DNA of 64,000 bases from Phoronis australis (GCA_002633005.1 NMRA01000047.1:1-64000), one strand, 5' to 3'; shown: positions 1-13,498, counted from the first letter of the stretch. The notes: generated by a model from the letters alone, not told the origin. Numbers and translations: made by a program.

Positions 1-320
1 AACTACAAGTTTCTGCTAACTATTGTCAAATTGTGAGTTGATATAATATTATTAGATATGCAATTTTCTGTATTTTTGTATGATGTATTTGGTACTTCAA
101 TTTGTATTAGATATTGCATTATCTTTATTAATTGTTTCAGGTTTAACCGTATAGTGAATCGTAAATCGTTCACCGTATTGAAAATCGTATCTTATCGTAT
201 CATATCATAAATAAAGTTTTATGAGCCAATGTTACGGTATTATTATTATACGTGTGTAAACCGCTGAGTCAACAACAACAACAAGAGAGACATCTAATGT
301 GCGTGCGACTGTACGCTACA
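1..320 (+). repeat. 3' part of the 5' LTR of the BEL element
   Basis: Matches 8538-8861 with 3 substitutions and one 4-bp indel; ends ...ctaca; AATAAA near 210. Confidence 0.95.
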
Positions 321-420
321 TTATAGTTAAACCAATGGGTTTATAGTCAAACCAACAAGTTTGAAGAACTGATCGCGAGAAAGGCTCGTGTCTCAACAAC
401 AACAACAACAACAACTGAAA

Positions 421-1860
421 ATGGAACAACAACTGTCGGTCCTAAGAAAACAGCACGGTGTTGCTAAAGGAGCCGTCACGAGGCTGATAAATCATGGCAT
501 CAGCCTCATGAAAAGCAATGAAAATGTCGATTCCATGCAGGAATTGCTGCCAGAATTGAACCAGTGTTTAGAGGCTGCCCTCGCAGCACACAACAGGTAC
601 GACGAGCTATTGGAGGATGACGTAGAAAAGGAAGAGTCAAGCGAATACAAGCAGAGACTGCTTGACTCAGCAAACAAGTTCATTACTCAAGCGCAGAAAT
701 GGGTGAATGAAGAAGACACTGATCCAAGTCATTAACCACAACAGCAACAGCAACAGACAGCTGTAAGTGATTTATTTGTAAATGCTATGCAGATGTTTAT
801 TAAACAGAACCGTTCTATTGTAAACAGTGTAAGTGCTCCTCGAGTTGAAATTTTGAGTTTTAATGGTGACCCGTTAAAATTCTACCCATTCATGCGTTCC
901 TTTGACAATACAATGGAGGGTAAATCCCTCGATGATTCAGCAAAATTAAATTGCCTGATCCAAAATTGTAGTGGTCAGCCTAGAGACCTTCTAGAATGCT
1001 GCCTTGTAAAGGAGCCNTACCCATTCATGCGTTCCTTTGACAATACAATGGAGGGTAAATCCCTCGATGATTCAACAAAATTAAATTGCCTGATTCAAAA
1101 TTGTAGTGGTCAGCCTAGAGACCTTCTAGAATGCTGCCTTGTAAAGGAGCCCTCTGAAGGATACATGTTTGCACGAAAATTACTAAAACAAAAGATTTGG
1201 AAATGAAGAAATAATTTCACAAGCATGGATGAATAAAGTGTTGAAACGCCAGAAAGTAAGTAACGTGGAGCAGTTACGCCGTTCTGCTGACGATCTACGT
1301 ACTTGTAGAGAAACCTTGTCGGCTATCGATTATCTATATGAACTCGAAACTAGATGGAGTTTGAGGTCTATTGTAGAAAGGCTGCCTGACCATGTGCAAA
1401 ATAGATGGAAGAGAAAAAATGCGGGCCTAAAAGAAAAACAAAACCATGTAGGTTTAAATGACGTGATAGCGTTTATCGACAGGATCGTGGACGAGGAATG
1501 CGATCCCGTTTTTGGTAGCATTTCAAAATTCCCAACTACTCAGGCATCACATATGCCATCACAACAACAACATAAGAGGTCGGGTAGTGCATTTTCAACA
1601 AATGCCAAGTCCAAGACTAGCAATGTGTCAGGGCGCAACTAAAATCAATGTCACATGTGTGACAAACCAGGCCACTATTTGAATCAATGTGACAAATTCA
1701 GGGCCCTGTCTGTGAAAGACAGACGGCAATTCGTGTTATCAAAAAAAATGTACATGCATAAATTGTTTTCAGCCAGGCCATTTTGCTAGAGAATACAAGA
1801 AAAATTGGTCTTGCAACATTGCTGGATGCAATGAAAAACACAACAGATGGTTGCATCAAG
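421..1860 (+). pseudogene. BEL gag, disrupted
   Basis: FNGDPLKFYPFMRSF DUF1759-like motif; Zn knuckles CHMCDKPGHYLNQC, CINCFQPGH, CNIAGCNEKHNRWLH. Stops at 733 and 1640; frameshifts near 1200 and 1750. Confidence 0.9.
883..1151. repeat. 134-bp direct duplication separated by a single N (probable assembly join)
   Basis: 883-1016 and 1018-1151 are nearly identical; N at 1017. Confidence 0.9.
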
Positions 1861-4409
1861 GGCAACCATCTGAGTCTGGCTCAACTACCTCAGCTAGTAA
1901 CAACCAAACCACTGTACCTCATGAAACCCAGTCAAATGCAATGTGTGCATTTGTCAAATCCGAAGGCTGTACAATTGGGTTGCCTATTGTGCCAGTCATT
2001 CTTCAAGATTCCACCCACAAAATTCAAGTACAAACTTATGCTCTTTTAGACAGATGCTCTAATTCAACCATGTGCACAGACAGATTACGCAATAAGCTTG
2101 GTCTGTCTGGCAAGAAAGAATGTATTGAGTTAACAACATTACGTGGTGATCGTATGACAGAAGAGGTAACAGTTGTTGACATTGAGGTCGCTGCCCTCAA
2201 TGGCAACAGGACTCATATTTTGAAGGGTGTGATGTCCCGAGACAGTCTAAATGTAAACATGGATAACCGTGTTACCTCTGCAGATATCAAGCGTATGTCA
2301 CATTTGAAAGGCATCCATCTGGCGGACGCTGATGTGTCACAAGTGGACATTATAATAGGCGCTGACCATGCCCACTTGTTAGTTGACTTAGAAATTCGGA
2401 CTGGAAGGAAGGTGAACCCTTTGCAGCCAGGACACCATTGGGCTGGACAATCTATGGTCCAACTGGTCCTGTCAAGAAACAAAAACAACGAACAATTTAT
2501 TACACTGCCTTGGAAAGGCAGGTTGAAAATTTTTGGAAGCTAGATGACCCTTTGTATGAAGAAAAATCAACAATGTCTTTGAATGATAAAGGTGTCATTG
2601 CCCTCTGGGAGTCATCTAGCCGATTGCAAGGCAACCAGCTGTCATTACCTATAAAAACAGCCAGAGATAATCAAGATGGCTATAATTCAGAAACTATAAA
2701 AACAATCAACAAAAATTTCTATGTCGATGACTGTTTGAAGTCAGTCGCTTCAGTAGGAGAAGCAGTAAAACTGATCCAGGAATTACGAGACCTGCTCTCA
2801 AAGGGAGGATTCAGGCTTACCAAATTCATCAGTAATTCACGACAAGTGATGTCGTCAATTCCTGAATCTGAGTGGTCCAAGGCAGTAGCAAACTTGGATC
2901 TTGAGCATGAAAACACACCTGCTGAAAGAGCACTTGGTTTGCTTTGGAATTTGAAATCCGACCACTTCGGATACGACGTCAGCGTGAGAAATGTTCCACT
3001 CACCAAAAGAGGGATTCTCAGCCTGACTAGTACTGTTTATGATCCGTTGGGTTTTGTTAGCCCATTCATACTATTTGCCAAGATGTTATTCCAACAATTA
3101 TGCCGTTTGAAAATAGACTGGGATGAAAAAACCCCGCAAGACATTGCAGCTCAGTGGTTGCGATGGGTTGATGACTTGCCAAAGATAAAAGAATTTAAGG
3201 TTCCAAGGTGCTTAAAACCTAATTGGAAATCAGATAATTCTACTGTATTACAATTACATCACTTTTGTGATGCTTCTGAGAAAGGATACGGTGCAGTATC
3301 CTACCTGCGCGTAATTGACGCACACGATAACAATTGGTGTTCCTTGGTGATGGCCAAGAGCAGGCTAGCACCACTAAAACCAACAACAATTCCTAGGCTT
3401 GAATTGTCTGCTGCAACGGTTGCAGTAAAACTTGACCAAACAATCGAAAAATACCTTGAGTGTGAACTTGAGGATTCTGTTTTTTGGACTGACAGTACCA
3501 TAGTACTCCATTATGTGAAATGTATAAACAAGAGATTTCAAACCTTTGTTGCCAATAGAGTGGCACAAATTCATGAAGGCTCAACTCCAATTCAGTGGAG
3601 ATATGTTGACACTAAAAACAATCCTGCAGATGACATTTCTAGACGGTTGTCAGCTGATGAGCTCATCAACAACAATCGCTGGATGAATGGACCTGAATTT
3701 CTTTGGAACAATGACCAGGTTTGGCCTGATCAACCAGAGATTGGTGAAATGCCTGAGGAGGCAGAAATTAAACATACTAAGCAAGTTTATGCTACCACAA
3801 CTACTCCCAACGACCCCTCACTGTCGCTTATTGACAAATTGATTGAGTCATACTCCTCATGGCATAAATTGAAAAGAGCTGTTGCGCTCATTTTTGAGAG
3901 TGAAAAAATTGGTAAAAGGCAAACAAATGTTACCTTTAAAGGCACCCATCACTGTGGCGGAAATGCGCGCCAGTGAAAATGCAATTGTTGCTCATATTCA
4001 AAAGGAATGGACGAGCAATTCAAACAAATTACAAAATCTAAAAGGTCTGTCCCCAGTCATGGCAGATGGTATTTTGCGTGTCGGAGGCCGACTTTCAAAT
4101 GCGTCGTTGTCACACGACGCTCAACATCCAAGGATCTTGCCTAAGTCCAACCATGTGACAAACCTAATAATTGATTTTTACCACAAATTGACTGGTCATG
4201 GTGGTATAGAGAGAGTTTTGGCCAAAATTAGACAAAGATTTTGGATTGTAAGTGGGAGACCTACAATAAAACGTGTTGTGGGACAGTGCATTCCATGTAA
4301 GAAAAAACATGCGCCACCTGGCATTCAATACACGTCAGATTTGCCACGTGACAGAGTGACACCTCACAAACCTATCTTCACTGATGTAGGTGTTGATTAT
4401 TTTGGACCA
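1851..4409 (+). pseudogene. BEL pol, first copy (protease, truncated RT, RNaseH, integrase N-terminus), frameshifted
   Basis: ORFs 1851-2543, 2438-3976 and 3882-4538 join through two frameshifts. 1922-4409 duplicates 4411-6898 across the N at 4410. Confidence 0.9.
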
Positions 4410-4429
4410 NTGAAACCCAGTCAAATGCA

Positions 4430-7400
4430 ATGTGTGCATTTGTCAAATCCGAAGGCTGTACAATTGGGTTGCCTATTGTGCCAGTCATTCTTCAAGATTC
4501 GACCCACAAAATTCAACTACAAACTTATGCTCTTTTAGACAGATGCTCTAATTCAACCATGTGCACAGACAGATTACGCAATAAGCTTGGTCTGTCTGGC
4601 AAGAAGGAATGTATTGAGTTAACAACATTACATGGTGATCGTATGACAGAAGAGGTAACAGTTGTTGACATTGAGGTCGCTGCCCTCAATGGCAACAGGA
4701 CTCACATGTTGAAGGGTGTGATGTCCCGAGACAGTCTAAATGTAAACATGGGTAATCGTGTTACCTCTGCAGATATCAAGCGTATGTCACATTTGAAAGG
4801 CATCCATCCGGCGGACGCTGACGTGTCACAAGTGGACATTATAATAGGCGCTGATCATGCCCACTTGTTAGTTGACTTAGAGATTCGGACTGGAAAGGAA
4901 GGTGAACCCTTTGCAGCCAGGACACCATTGGGCTGGACAATATATGGTCCAACTGGTCCTGTTAAGAAACAAAAACAAAGAACAATTTATTACACTGCCT
5001 TGGAAAGGCAGGTTGAAAAATTTTGGAGGCTAGATGACCCTTTGTATGAAGAAAAATCAACAATGTCTTTGAATGATAAAGGCGTCATTGCCCTCTGGGA
5101 GTCATCTAGCCGATTGCAAGGCAACCAGCTGTCATTACCTATAAAAACAGCCAGAGATAATCAAGATGGCTATGATTCAGAAACAATAAAAACAATCAAC
5201 AAAAATTTCTATGTTGATGACTGTTTGAAGTCAGTCGCTTCAGTAGGAGAAGCAGTAAATCTGATCCAGGAATTACGAGACCTGCTTTCAAAGGGAGGAT
5301 TCAGGCTTACCAAATTCATCAGTAATTCACGACAAGTGATGTCGTCAATTCCTGAATCTGAGTGGTCCAAGGCAGTAGCAAACTTGGATCTTGAGCATGA
5401 AAACATACCTGCTGAAAGAGCACTTGGTGTGCTCTGGAATTTGAAATCCGACCACTTCGGATACGACGTCAGCGTGAGAAATGTTCCACTCACCAAAAGA
5501 GGGATTCTCAGCCTGACTAGTACTGTTTATGATCCGTTGGGTTTTGTTAGCCCATTCATACTATTTGCCAAGATGTTATTCCAACAATTATGCCGTTTGA
5601 AAATAGACTGGGATGAAAAAATCCCGCAAGACATTGCAGCTCAGTGGTTGCGATGGCTTGATGACTTGCCAAAGATAAAAGGATTTAAGGTTCCAAGGTG
5701 CTTAAAACCTAACTGGAAATCAGATAATTCTACTGTATTACAATTACATCACTTTTGTGATGCTTCTGAGAAAGGATACGGTGCAGTATCCTACCTGCGC
5801 GTAATTGACGCACACGATAACATTTGGTGTTCCTTGGTGATGGCCAAGAGCAGGCTAGCACCACTAAAACCAACAACAATTCCTAGGCTTGAATTGTCTG
5901 CTGCAACGGTTGCAGTAAAACTTGACCAAACAATCAGAAAATACCTTGAGTGTGAACTTGAGGATTCTGTTTTTTGGACTGACAGTACCATAGTACTCCA
6001 TTATGTGAAATGTAAAGACAAGAGATTTCAAACCTTTGTTGCCAATAGAGTGGCACAAATTCATGAAGGCTCAACTCCAATTCAGTGGAGATACGTCGAC
6101 ACCAAAAACAATCCTGCAGATGACATTTCTAGAGGGCTGTCAGCTGATGAGCTCATAAACAACAATCGCTGGATGAATGGACCTGAATTTCTTTGGAACA
6201 ATGACCAGGTTTGGCCTGATCAACCAGAGATTGGTGAAATGCCTGAGGAGGCAGAAATTAAACAAACTAAGCAAGTTTATGCAACCACAACTACTCCCAA
6301 CGACCCCTCACTGTCGCTTATTGACAAATTGATTGAGTCATACTCCTCATGGCATAAATTGAAAAGAGCTGTTGCGCTCATTTTGAGAGTGAAAAAATTG
6401 GTAAAAGACAAACAAATGTTACCTTTAAAGGCACCCATTACTGTGGCGGAAATGCGCGCCAGTGAAAATGCAATTATTGCTCATATTCAAAAGGAATGGA
6501 CGAGCAATTCAAACAAATTACAAAATCTAAAAGGTCTGTCCCCAGTCATGGCAGATGGTATTTTGCGTGTCGGAGGCCGACTTTCAAATGCGCCGTTGTC
6601 ACACGACGCTCAACATCCAATGATCTTGCCTAAGTCCAACCATGTGACAAACCTAATAATTGATTTTTACCACAAATTGACTGGTCATGGTGGTATAGAG
6701 AGAGTTTTGGCCGAAATTAGACAAAGATTTTGGATTGTAAGTGGGAGACCTACAATAAAACGTGTTGTGGGACACTGCATTCCATGTAAGAAAAAACATG
6801 CGCCACCTGGAATTCAATACATGTCAGATTTGCCACGTGACAGAGTGACACCTCACAAACCTATCTTCACTAATGTAGGTGTTGATTATTTTGGACCATT
6901 AATGGTCAAGAGAGCAAGAACCATGGTTAAGAGGTATGGATGTCTATTTACCTGTCTAACAACTAGAGCAGTGCATCTTGAAGTGGCTTACAGTTTAGAC
7001 ACAAGCTCGCATTGCAGAGATTTGTATCCCGACGAGGGAAACCGGTGACCATTAGGTCAGATAATGGCACTAATTTTGTTGGCGCTCGCAGAGAGTTGCA
7101 GGAAGCCATTAATGACTGGAATCAAAATAAAATTGCTGATCACCTACTTCAGCAAGATATTCAATGGATATTTAATCCACCGGCAGCATCCCATATGGGT
7201 GGGGTGTGGGAGAGACTGATTAGATCTGTGAGATCTATTTTACTAAACCTTGTTCAACAACAAACTTTAGATGATGACAAGCTGTCAACGTTACTTTGCT
7301 CTGTTGAGAGCATAATAAACAGCCGACCAATAACAAAGATGTCATATGATCCCACTGATCTTACACCCTTGACACCAAACCACCTGCTACTTTTAAAACC

Positions 7401-7749
7401 AGGGCCTGAGCTACCTCCTGGATTGTTTAATTCATCTGATCTCTACAAACAAAAATGGCGCCAGGCGCAATATCTGGCTGACATTTTCTGGTCCAGATGG
7501 ATCAAAGAATATCTGCCTAATCTCCAAAAACGGCAAAAATGGCTGAAACCACAACGAAATTTCGAAGTCGGAGATTTGGTTCTCATAGTCAATGAATGTA
7601 CTCCTAGAAACAAATGGCCTTTGGGAATTATCACCCAAACCTTCCCATCCAATGATGGACTTGTACGTACTGTTGAAGTTAAAAGTCAGGCAGGTTTCTA
7701 CACTAGACCGATACATAAGTTATGTTTGTTAGAGTCTGCACTAGCTTAG
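4430..7749 (+). pseudogene. BEL pol, second copy (protease, RT remnant, RNaseH, integrase, DUF5641-like), one frameshift near 7010
   Basis: 872-aa ORF with YALLD, NFYVDD, YDPLG, FCDAS, PRLEL, H-H-C-C and GVDYFGP; then 7012-7749 with SDNGTNF, GGVWERLI, LTPNHLL, RPIHKLCLL. Confidence 0.93.
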
Positions 7750-7826
7750 TTATTGTTAGGTAAGAAACAATTGTGACAGCATGATGTCACCTGCATTGTA
7801 TAATTATGAGAGCTGTTCGCCTCATC

Positions 7827-7836
7827 GGGGCCGGGA
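7827..7836 (+). promoter_or_regulatory. Polypurine tract of the BEL element
   Basis: ggggccggga directly before the TGT start of the 3' LTR, typical BEL position. Confidence 0.7.
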
Positions 7837-8861
7837 TGTTGGTGACATTTTTTGATGCTGTAGATAATTAGTCTAATTAAAAGCAATGTTATGCAATTTT
7901 AGTGACTAGTGTATAATTAATCAAACATATTGGTTGTTTACCAAAATTTGTAACCTCCTAGGAGTTCATGGGAAGTGATTCACCACATGTCTGTTACCAG
8001 TTGTGGGATGTTTATAATAACAATTGTGCCTTGTTTTGCAAGTTGTGTAACTTAAAGTCTTTGAAAACCTGTCAGCTTTGGGATGAGGCATTTCCGACAA
8101 CAACAATAATCTGTTATTTGTCCATCGGAATTACTCAACTCTTGATTGTCCTGCACCATAATTGGTAATGACTTGGGTTCATTGCTGGAGTCCAGCAGAT
8201 TGATTCACAGAATTGGTTTGGAACCAGCGACCTTGTTCAGAGAATTGTTTTGGAACTAGATGTAGCATTTAGAGGAAGTTTTGTGAGTTTTCATGTTTTG
8301 AGTTATCTCGCCCACCTTTCTTGTGTTCAGTATAAATATTCTGTTAGCTACTCTAGAATTCATATTGCTTGGAGAGAGGCTGCTGCTTGCTTCAAAAATA
8401 TCACAGATACCCAGCGTTGGTAAGAGACAACTTTGTTTCTTGATGTTTTACTATAAACTTTGACTTTAGAAACAACTATTCTCAGTTCTTTGATTATTTG
8501 ATTAACTCATAGAAAGTGTTGTAATAGAAATTGTTGTAACTACAAGTTTCTGCTAACTATTGTTTGTCAAATTGTGAGTTGATATAATATTATTAGATAT
8601 GCAATTTTCTGTATTTTAGTATGATGTATTTGGTACTTCAATTTGTATTAGATATTGCATTATCTTTATTAATTGTTTCAGGTTTAACCGTATCGTGAAT
8701 CGTAAATCGTTCACCGTATTGAAAATCGTATCTTATCGTATCATATCATAAATAAAGTTTTATGAGCCAATGTTACGGTATTATTATTATACGTGTGTAA
8801 ACCGCTGGGTCAACAACAACAACAAGAGAGACATCTAATGTGCGTGCGACTGTACGCTACA
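7837..8861 (+). repeat. 3' LTR (1025 bp, TGT...ACA)
   Basis: Starts tgttgg after the PPT; ends gctaca as at 320; TATAAATA at 8331; AATAAA at 8751. Confidence 0.93.
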
Positions 8862-10058
8862 GTTGGAGTTGAGACAAGTTTTACTTCGTTTTATCTGCAA
8901 CGAGTATGTTTGTGTAGAAGATGGTACATTCAAGATCTAAGTCTATGGTAAATCTTTCAAATTTCTTAATATTTTGATTATTTAAGTTATTGCAAAATGT
9001 TGGCATAATGGATGGCTAACATGCATTTGGCAGTGTCCTAGAAACTATTTCTAATGCAGAAGATGCGGCCAAATAGTCACATCTGTCCTAGCTTCCTAAA
9101 AACATTTCAAAATCTAACCACCCCTTTATTATGAGCTGAAGAATTCCTTTTACTATAAAATCCAGAGAGTTTTAGATTACTATGTCGCTGAGAATAATTG
9201 CACTTAGTAGGATTTTCCAGATTCACTGCGATATGGTGCCTTTTCTTAGAGAATTCCTTACAAATGGGTGCCCTTTCAGTAGCGATTTTCCTACGAAATT
9301 CGTCCATTTTGTGGACTGGAACGCTACAAAAGGCCCTCTAGTAAGATGGAATCCCTGTATCAAATAAATAAGCAATAATTAGGCATGCATGTAACAAATT
9401 CTAATGAGAAGCAAATCAGCACATGTACATACTAGCATTTACACTAAACCATATTTTGAGGCATTGAGTTAAATCGCTCATAAAACTTTTACACTTTGAT
9501 CTGGTTCAATTCTACATGCCAAGCATAAAATTCTCCCTACAAAATATTTTACACTTCAAACAAGCCTGGAAAATAAGCGACCAAAGGTATAGATATGCTG
9601 TGTTGCTTGTCCAGTTCTTTAAATGTGAGTATCTTCTTAATGTAGCATGAAACAGTACATGTTTTCACATTGATTCAATGTGAGTGATCTAGTATCAACC
9701 TTAGATCATTTTCAACCCTTAAATGAACCGTTTGAAATCAGTGACTGAAAACCAAATCTCAAACTTGAAACGGGAAATTCTAGGGTAAAAGAATTTACTA
9801 AAGTTATTTTCTCTGGGTTGCCAAAATATACAGGTTCTCAAATCTTTACTAACTATGTGACTAGAATGTGTTTTCACTAAACATATTTTCTGTTGTCATT
9901 AAAAGGACGGCACAAACACCAGACCAGACCATGTGAAAAAATACCTAAAAATACATTTGAATTCTCTTAGTAACTTTGATGTCCGCTTAATATACTCAAT
10001 AATTAAGGGATGGTTGGTCCAAAGGTTCTGTGGCTCGATTGGTCAATACTCTGAAGAG

Positions 10059-11485
10059 TTAAGGGGAAATTTATCTTACGTTACCAACTCGATGGTTACC
10101 AAGAATAATTTGCAACATTAAACTAAGTGTTCGTAGCTTGTTCAGGTTGTTGTTCGTTAAATAACCACGATTTCAAGAAAGAGAGCCTTGCCTGCTTTAC
10201 AGAGCTTTACGGAATTTTGAAAGATGCAGAATATGATGTAAAATTATCTGAAATCTTGAAGACATTTAATTCTGTAGATTACGGAATAATGTAAAAAAAA
10301 AAAACTATTTTCCGACTATTGACTATTAGGACGATAGATCCCTTTGTTTTCGGACTATAGACCCCTTGGACTATAGACAGCAATTCATTTCTATAGACAG
10401 TTTTGATTTTGTCAGATGAGAATGTCGCCAATCCATTCAGTTCAAGTGACAATGATACAGATGAAGGTAGAATTTGGTGCTTGTTTTCTCAGAGTAGGGA
10501 AACATGCAACTTCACATGGGTGAGTGATGAAGGTGTTATGAGTTTAAGGAAAATATACTTATAAATTTTCGCAGATTCTACAAATTGTCGCATGGTTTCT
10601 ATAATTTTGTGTTCTTAAACTCGTGAGTGCGAGGTCCTAATGAATCACTACTTTGATTTAATACTTTCATAAGGTAACTACAGAGTCATTTTGATTCTCA
10701 TTCCGCTAGCATACAGCCTGTTCTTCAGACTTATCAAGAAGCATTGTAAAACATTGCACATTTCGTTATTTACAACAGTTGGCATCCCAACATAGTTATT
10801 GTTTACTAGTTGAACGATTTAATGTAGCAGAATAATTTTCAAACTCATGTTAATGGAAATTTAGAAGACAGCTTTAAGTAAGCCAAACAAATGAAAACAA
10901 ACGTAAAAGTGCAGCATAGATCACTGCATTTATAATTTGTTTCAGATGAAGAAAGGAGGAGGTGCCGTTTTCGTCACAAGGTGTTCAGTTCTGCTAAAAT
11001 AACCAAGAGCTTTTCTGATAGATCGTCTGAAAGGTTTGTCATGTAATTAAAATTACTTGTTTTTCAAATTTTACCATGCAATTTCTATTTTAATTCAAAA
11101 CTTATTTCTTGGTGATGCCTAGGATACGGTAATACCTGTTCATCTATTATTTCTTTATTGGCTATACGAGATGTGCTGAGATAGGGGTTGGTCGATCCTG
11201 TATTCCGAAAGACCTTTGATAGTCTTCAAAGCAAAGGAATTTTAGTTCGAAAGACTTTTAGTCTGAAAATGAATTGGGTGATGACACTGCATCAGAGCTT
11301 ATAGAAGACTGCTGTTTTAGTACATTTGAGCACAATTAAGAATTATTGTGAATGCAAATGTTAAAGACTTTGTTTTGAAAATGCAGGGTTCTTTCGGGAA
11401 ATTTTTCTTGCCATCCTAGCCCTGCCACCCACCAATCGTGGTCATGGCGATATAGTTACCTTACACTTTTTCATGCCTGCTAATC
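10059..11485 (+). repeat. Copy 1 of a diverged ~1.45-kb direct duplication
   Basis: Colinear with 13940-15409 throughout, with many substitutions and indels. Both copies start ttaagggg; this one ends where a cagtgccgtagg-G-rich terminus begins at 11486. Confidence 0.9.
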
Positions 11486-13167
11486 CAGTGCCGTAGGAAA
11501 CGGGGGGGGGAGGGGCACGGGCCCCCCCCAAAAAATTTTCAAGCGTCTCGGTTAAACCGTGGCAACCGATATAGGCGTGGTGCCGGGGACAGCCGAGAAA
11601 AGAAAGACGGATAAGAGAGAAAATTCAAGAGAACATTAAACAAACCTGCATTAGTGCATGGAGTATCTGTTGAGCACCCTGACACTGTCGTTTTGGTCTT
11701 CGCTTTTGCATCACCTGTCGTCCAAACGCACGCATGTATTTCGAAAAATCGAAAAAATTTGTAAAGCGAAGCTTTTGCGGAGCGTACTAATTTACTAGAT
11801 GTTTAAATTCAGTAAGTCAATTTTGCGAATGCAAAACTATATTTTTCTAGAGGCCCCTCTCTGGCAAGGGATAACGGAGACAACCTTCGCTTTATATTTT
11901 TTTTTCTCGAAACTGTATATCGCTTGAGAAAAATTGATGACCTGACAGATAACAACAATTGTTGCGCACTTCCTGATGTTTGAAAATATATATTTTTTCA
12001 TATTTAGGAGTCCTCGCCCTTGAAGGAGGCCATTTATGACATTCAAGTGGCCACCTTTTTGTGTTTTTATTGACAAATTCTTTCTTGGCCGCTCACGGAG
12101 AGAAGGCCCAATGTTGGAATCGATTACCTCTATGTTCCTGTTTTTTGTGAAATTATGATTTCATTTTTGAAGGAGGTCACTCCCTGCATCGTTTTGGAAC
12201 CACACGACGGTGAAATGAACTGTCACTTTTTTCCCAGCTTAATGATGTTTAGCCTTTCAACTTAAGGTGTCCCATTTCAGACGGTGCCCTCTCTCGGTGG
12301 AGTAGTTCGGGGTAAATTTCCCTTTGTCCCTCTATATACATGTATATCTGCGCGTGCAGGACAAGTGTACACATGGACTATATCTGCGCGTGCACGACAG
12401 GTGCACACAAGCACTAAGTCTTCCCGTGCACGACAGGTGTACACAATCAATTACTTTTGAAAAATTTATTACAAATGACTCTTTAAAATAGATTAATTTC
12501 GACTATTTCTAAGAATGGTATGACATGTTATAAGATGTTGATAAGAATTAATATTAACTAATGGTGTAATATTAGATCTAAGTTTTTTCATCAGTCCTAG
12601 TAATTTATACGAATTCTTGTCACTGACCAAAAACGATCCTAATCAGACTGATATATGTGAGCGATGATCAGTCTCATCAGAATTCATATCAACCAAAATG
12701 GAGGTGCAAGATTTTTACACAAGCATTACTTATTCTAAGTTTAGAAAATATGGTTAAGACAGTGAAGAATACGAACGATCAAGTTCGTTAAGATTGACGG
12801 TAAATATAAAGGGCAAAAGTAAACCTTTGAACTAGCAAGGAGCAATGTATAATGCATACAGAAACATGCAACAGTCAGGGCAAGGACTTCTGTGTACATC
12901 CTGAGGGGCGCACCTGTAGCTAGGATGGAGGGAGATTTGTCTCGGGCGGAACCCTCTTCGGAGGGGAGGAGGGGGGAGGGAGAGGCGACACAACAACCTG
13001 AGTTTGGTTAATTAGACAATACAGACGAATTGCACTGCAGTTTTTGCAGTTTAAACATCTTTAAAAATAACTGCTTTCAGTTATTGAGAATGGTAATCAC
13101 TATGTATAAGCATTTTCAATATTTTTGAGAGCGGAATAGGGCCCCAAAATCGAGGGATTGAGGGCCC

Positions 13168-13498
13168 TAGTCATGAAAACACAGCCTGGCTGGCCGAAGA
13201 TGCTCCGGTCGTTGCTATAATGCTCGGCAACTGCGATGCAACAAAATATGATCTATGCCTTTTCGAAAACATTTATAAATTTTAAACGGACATATTTACC
13301 TTCGCCGCGGCGTATGGCAACTACCCAAAGCTTCTGAATCTCAACGTCCTAAGGGATTGTAAAACAGACAGTTGAGTTTCCGTATTTTTTCTAGCCGAGC
13401 ATCGCGCAGAATACAACCAGTATATGCTGATAAGCCAACAGAGCTATCGTGGCGAGCCTCGTTTTGGAACGCGCCTCCTGTCGGCGTGAATTAGGTCT
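13168..13498 (+). mobile_element. Right-end fragment of the ISL2EU-type family seen at 57360-58810
   Basis: Aligns with 58481-58810 and ends in the TIR variant ggcgtgaattaggtct followed by AT. Confidence 0.8.

Larger units (their letters stand above)
1..8861 (+). mobile_element. BEL/Pao LTR retrotransposon, defective; 5' LTR truncated by the window start
   Basis: Domain order gag (DUF1759-like, triple Zn knuckle), protease, RT remnant (YVDD), Pao RNaseH (LHHFCDASEKGYG...TIPRLEL), integrase (HHCC, VDYFGP, SDNGTNF), DUF5641-like tail. Matching LTRs at 1-320 and 7837-8861. Confidence 0.97.

Noticed and set aside
1922-6898. Novel retroelement with a naturally doubled pol
   Set aside because: The duplication junction is exactly a single N, and the same pattern occurs at 1017 and 34010; most likely an assembly artefact.
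492-7716. Antisense ORFs within the BEL element
   Set aside because: Shadows of the coding strand with no recognisable domains.
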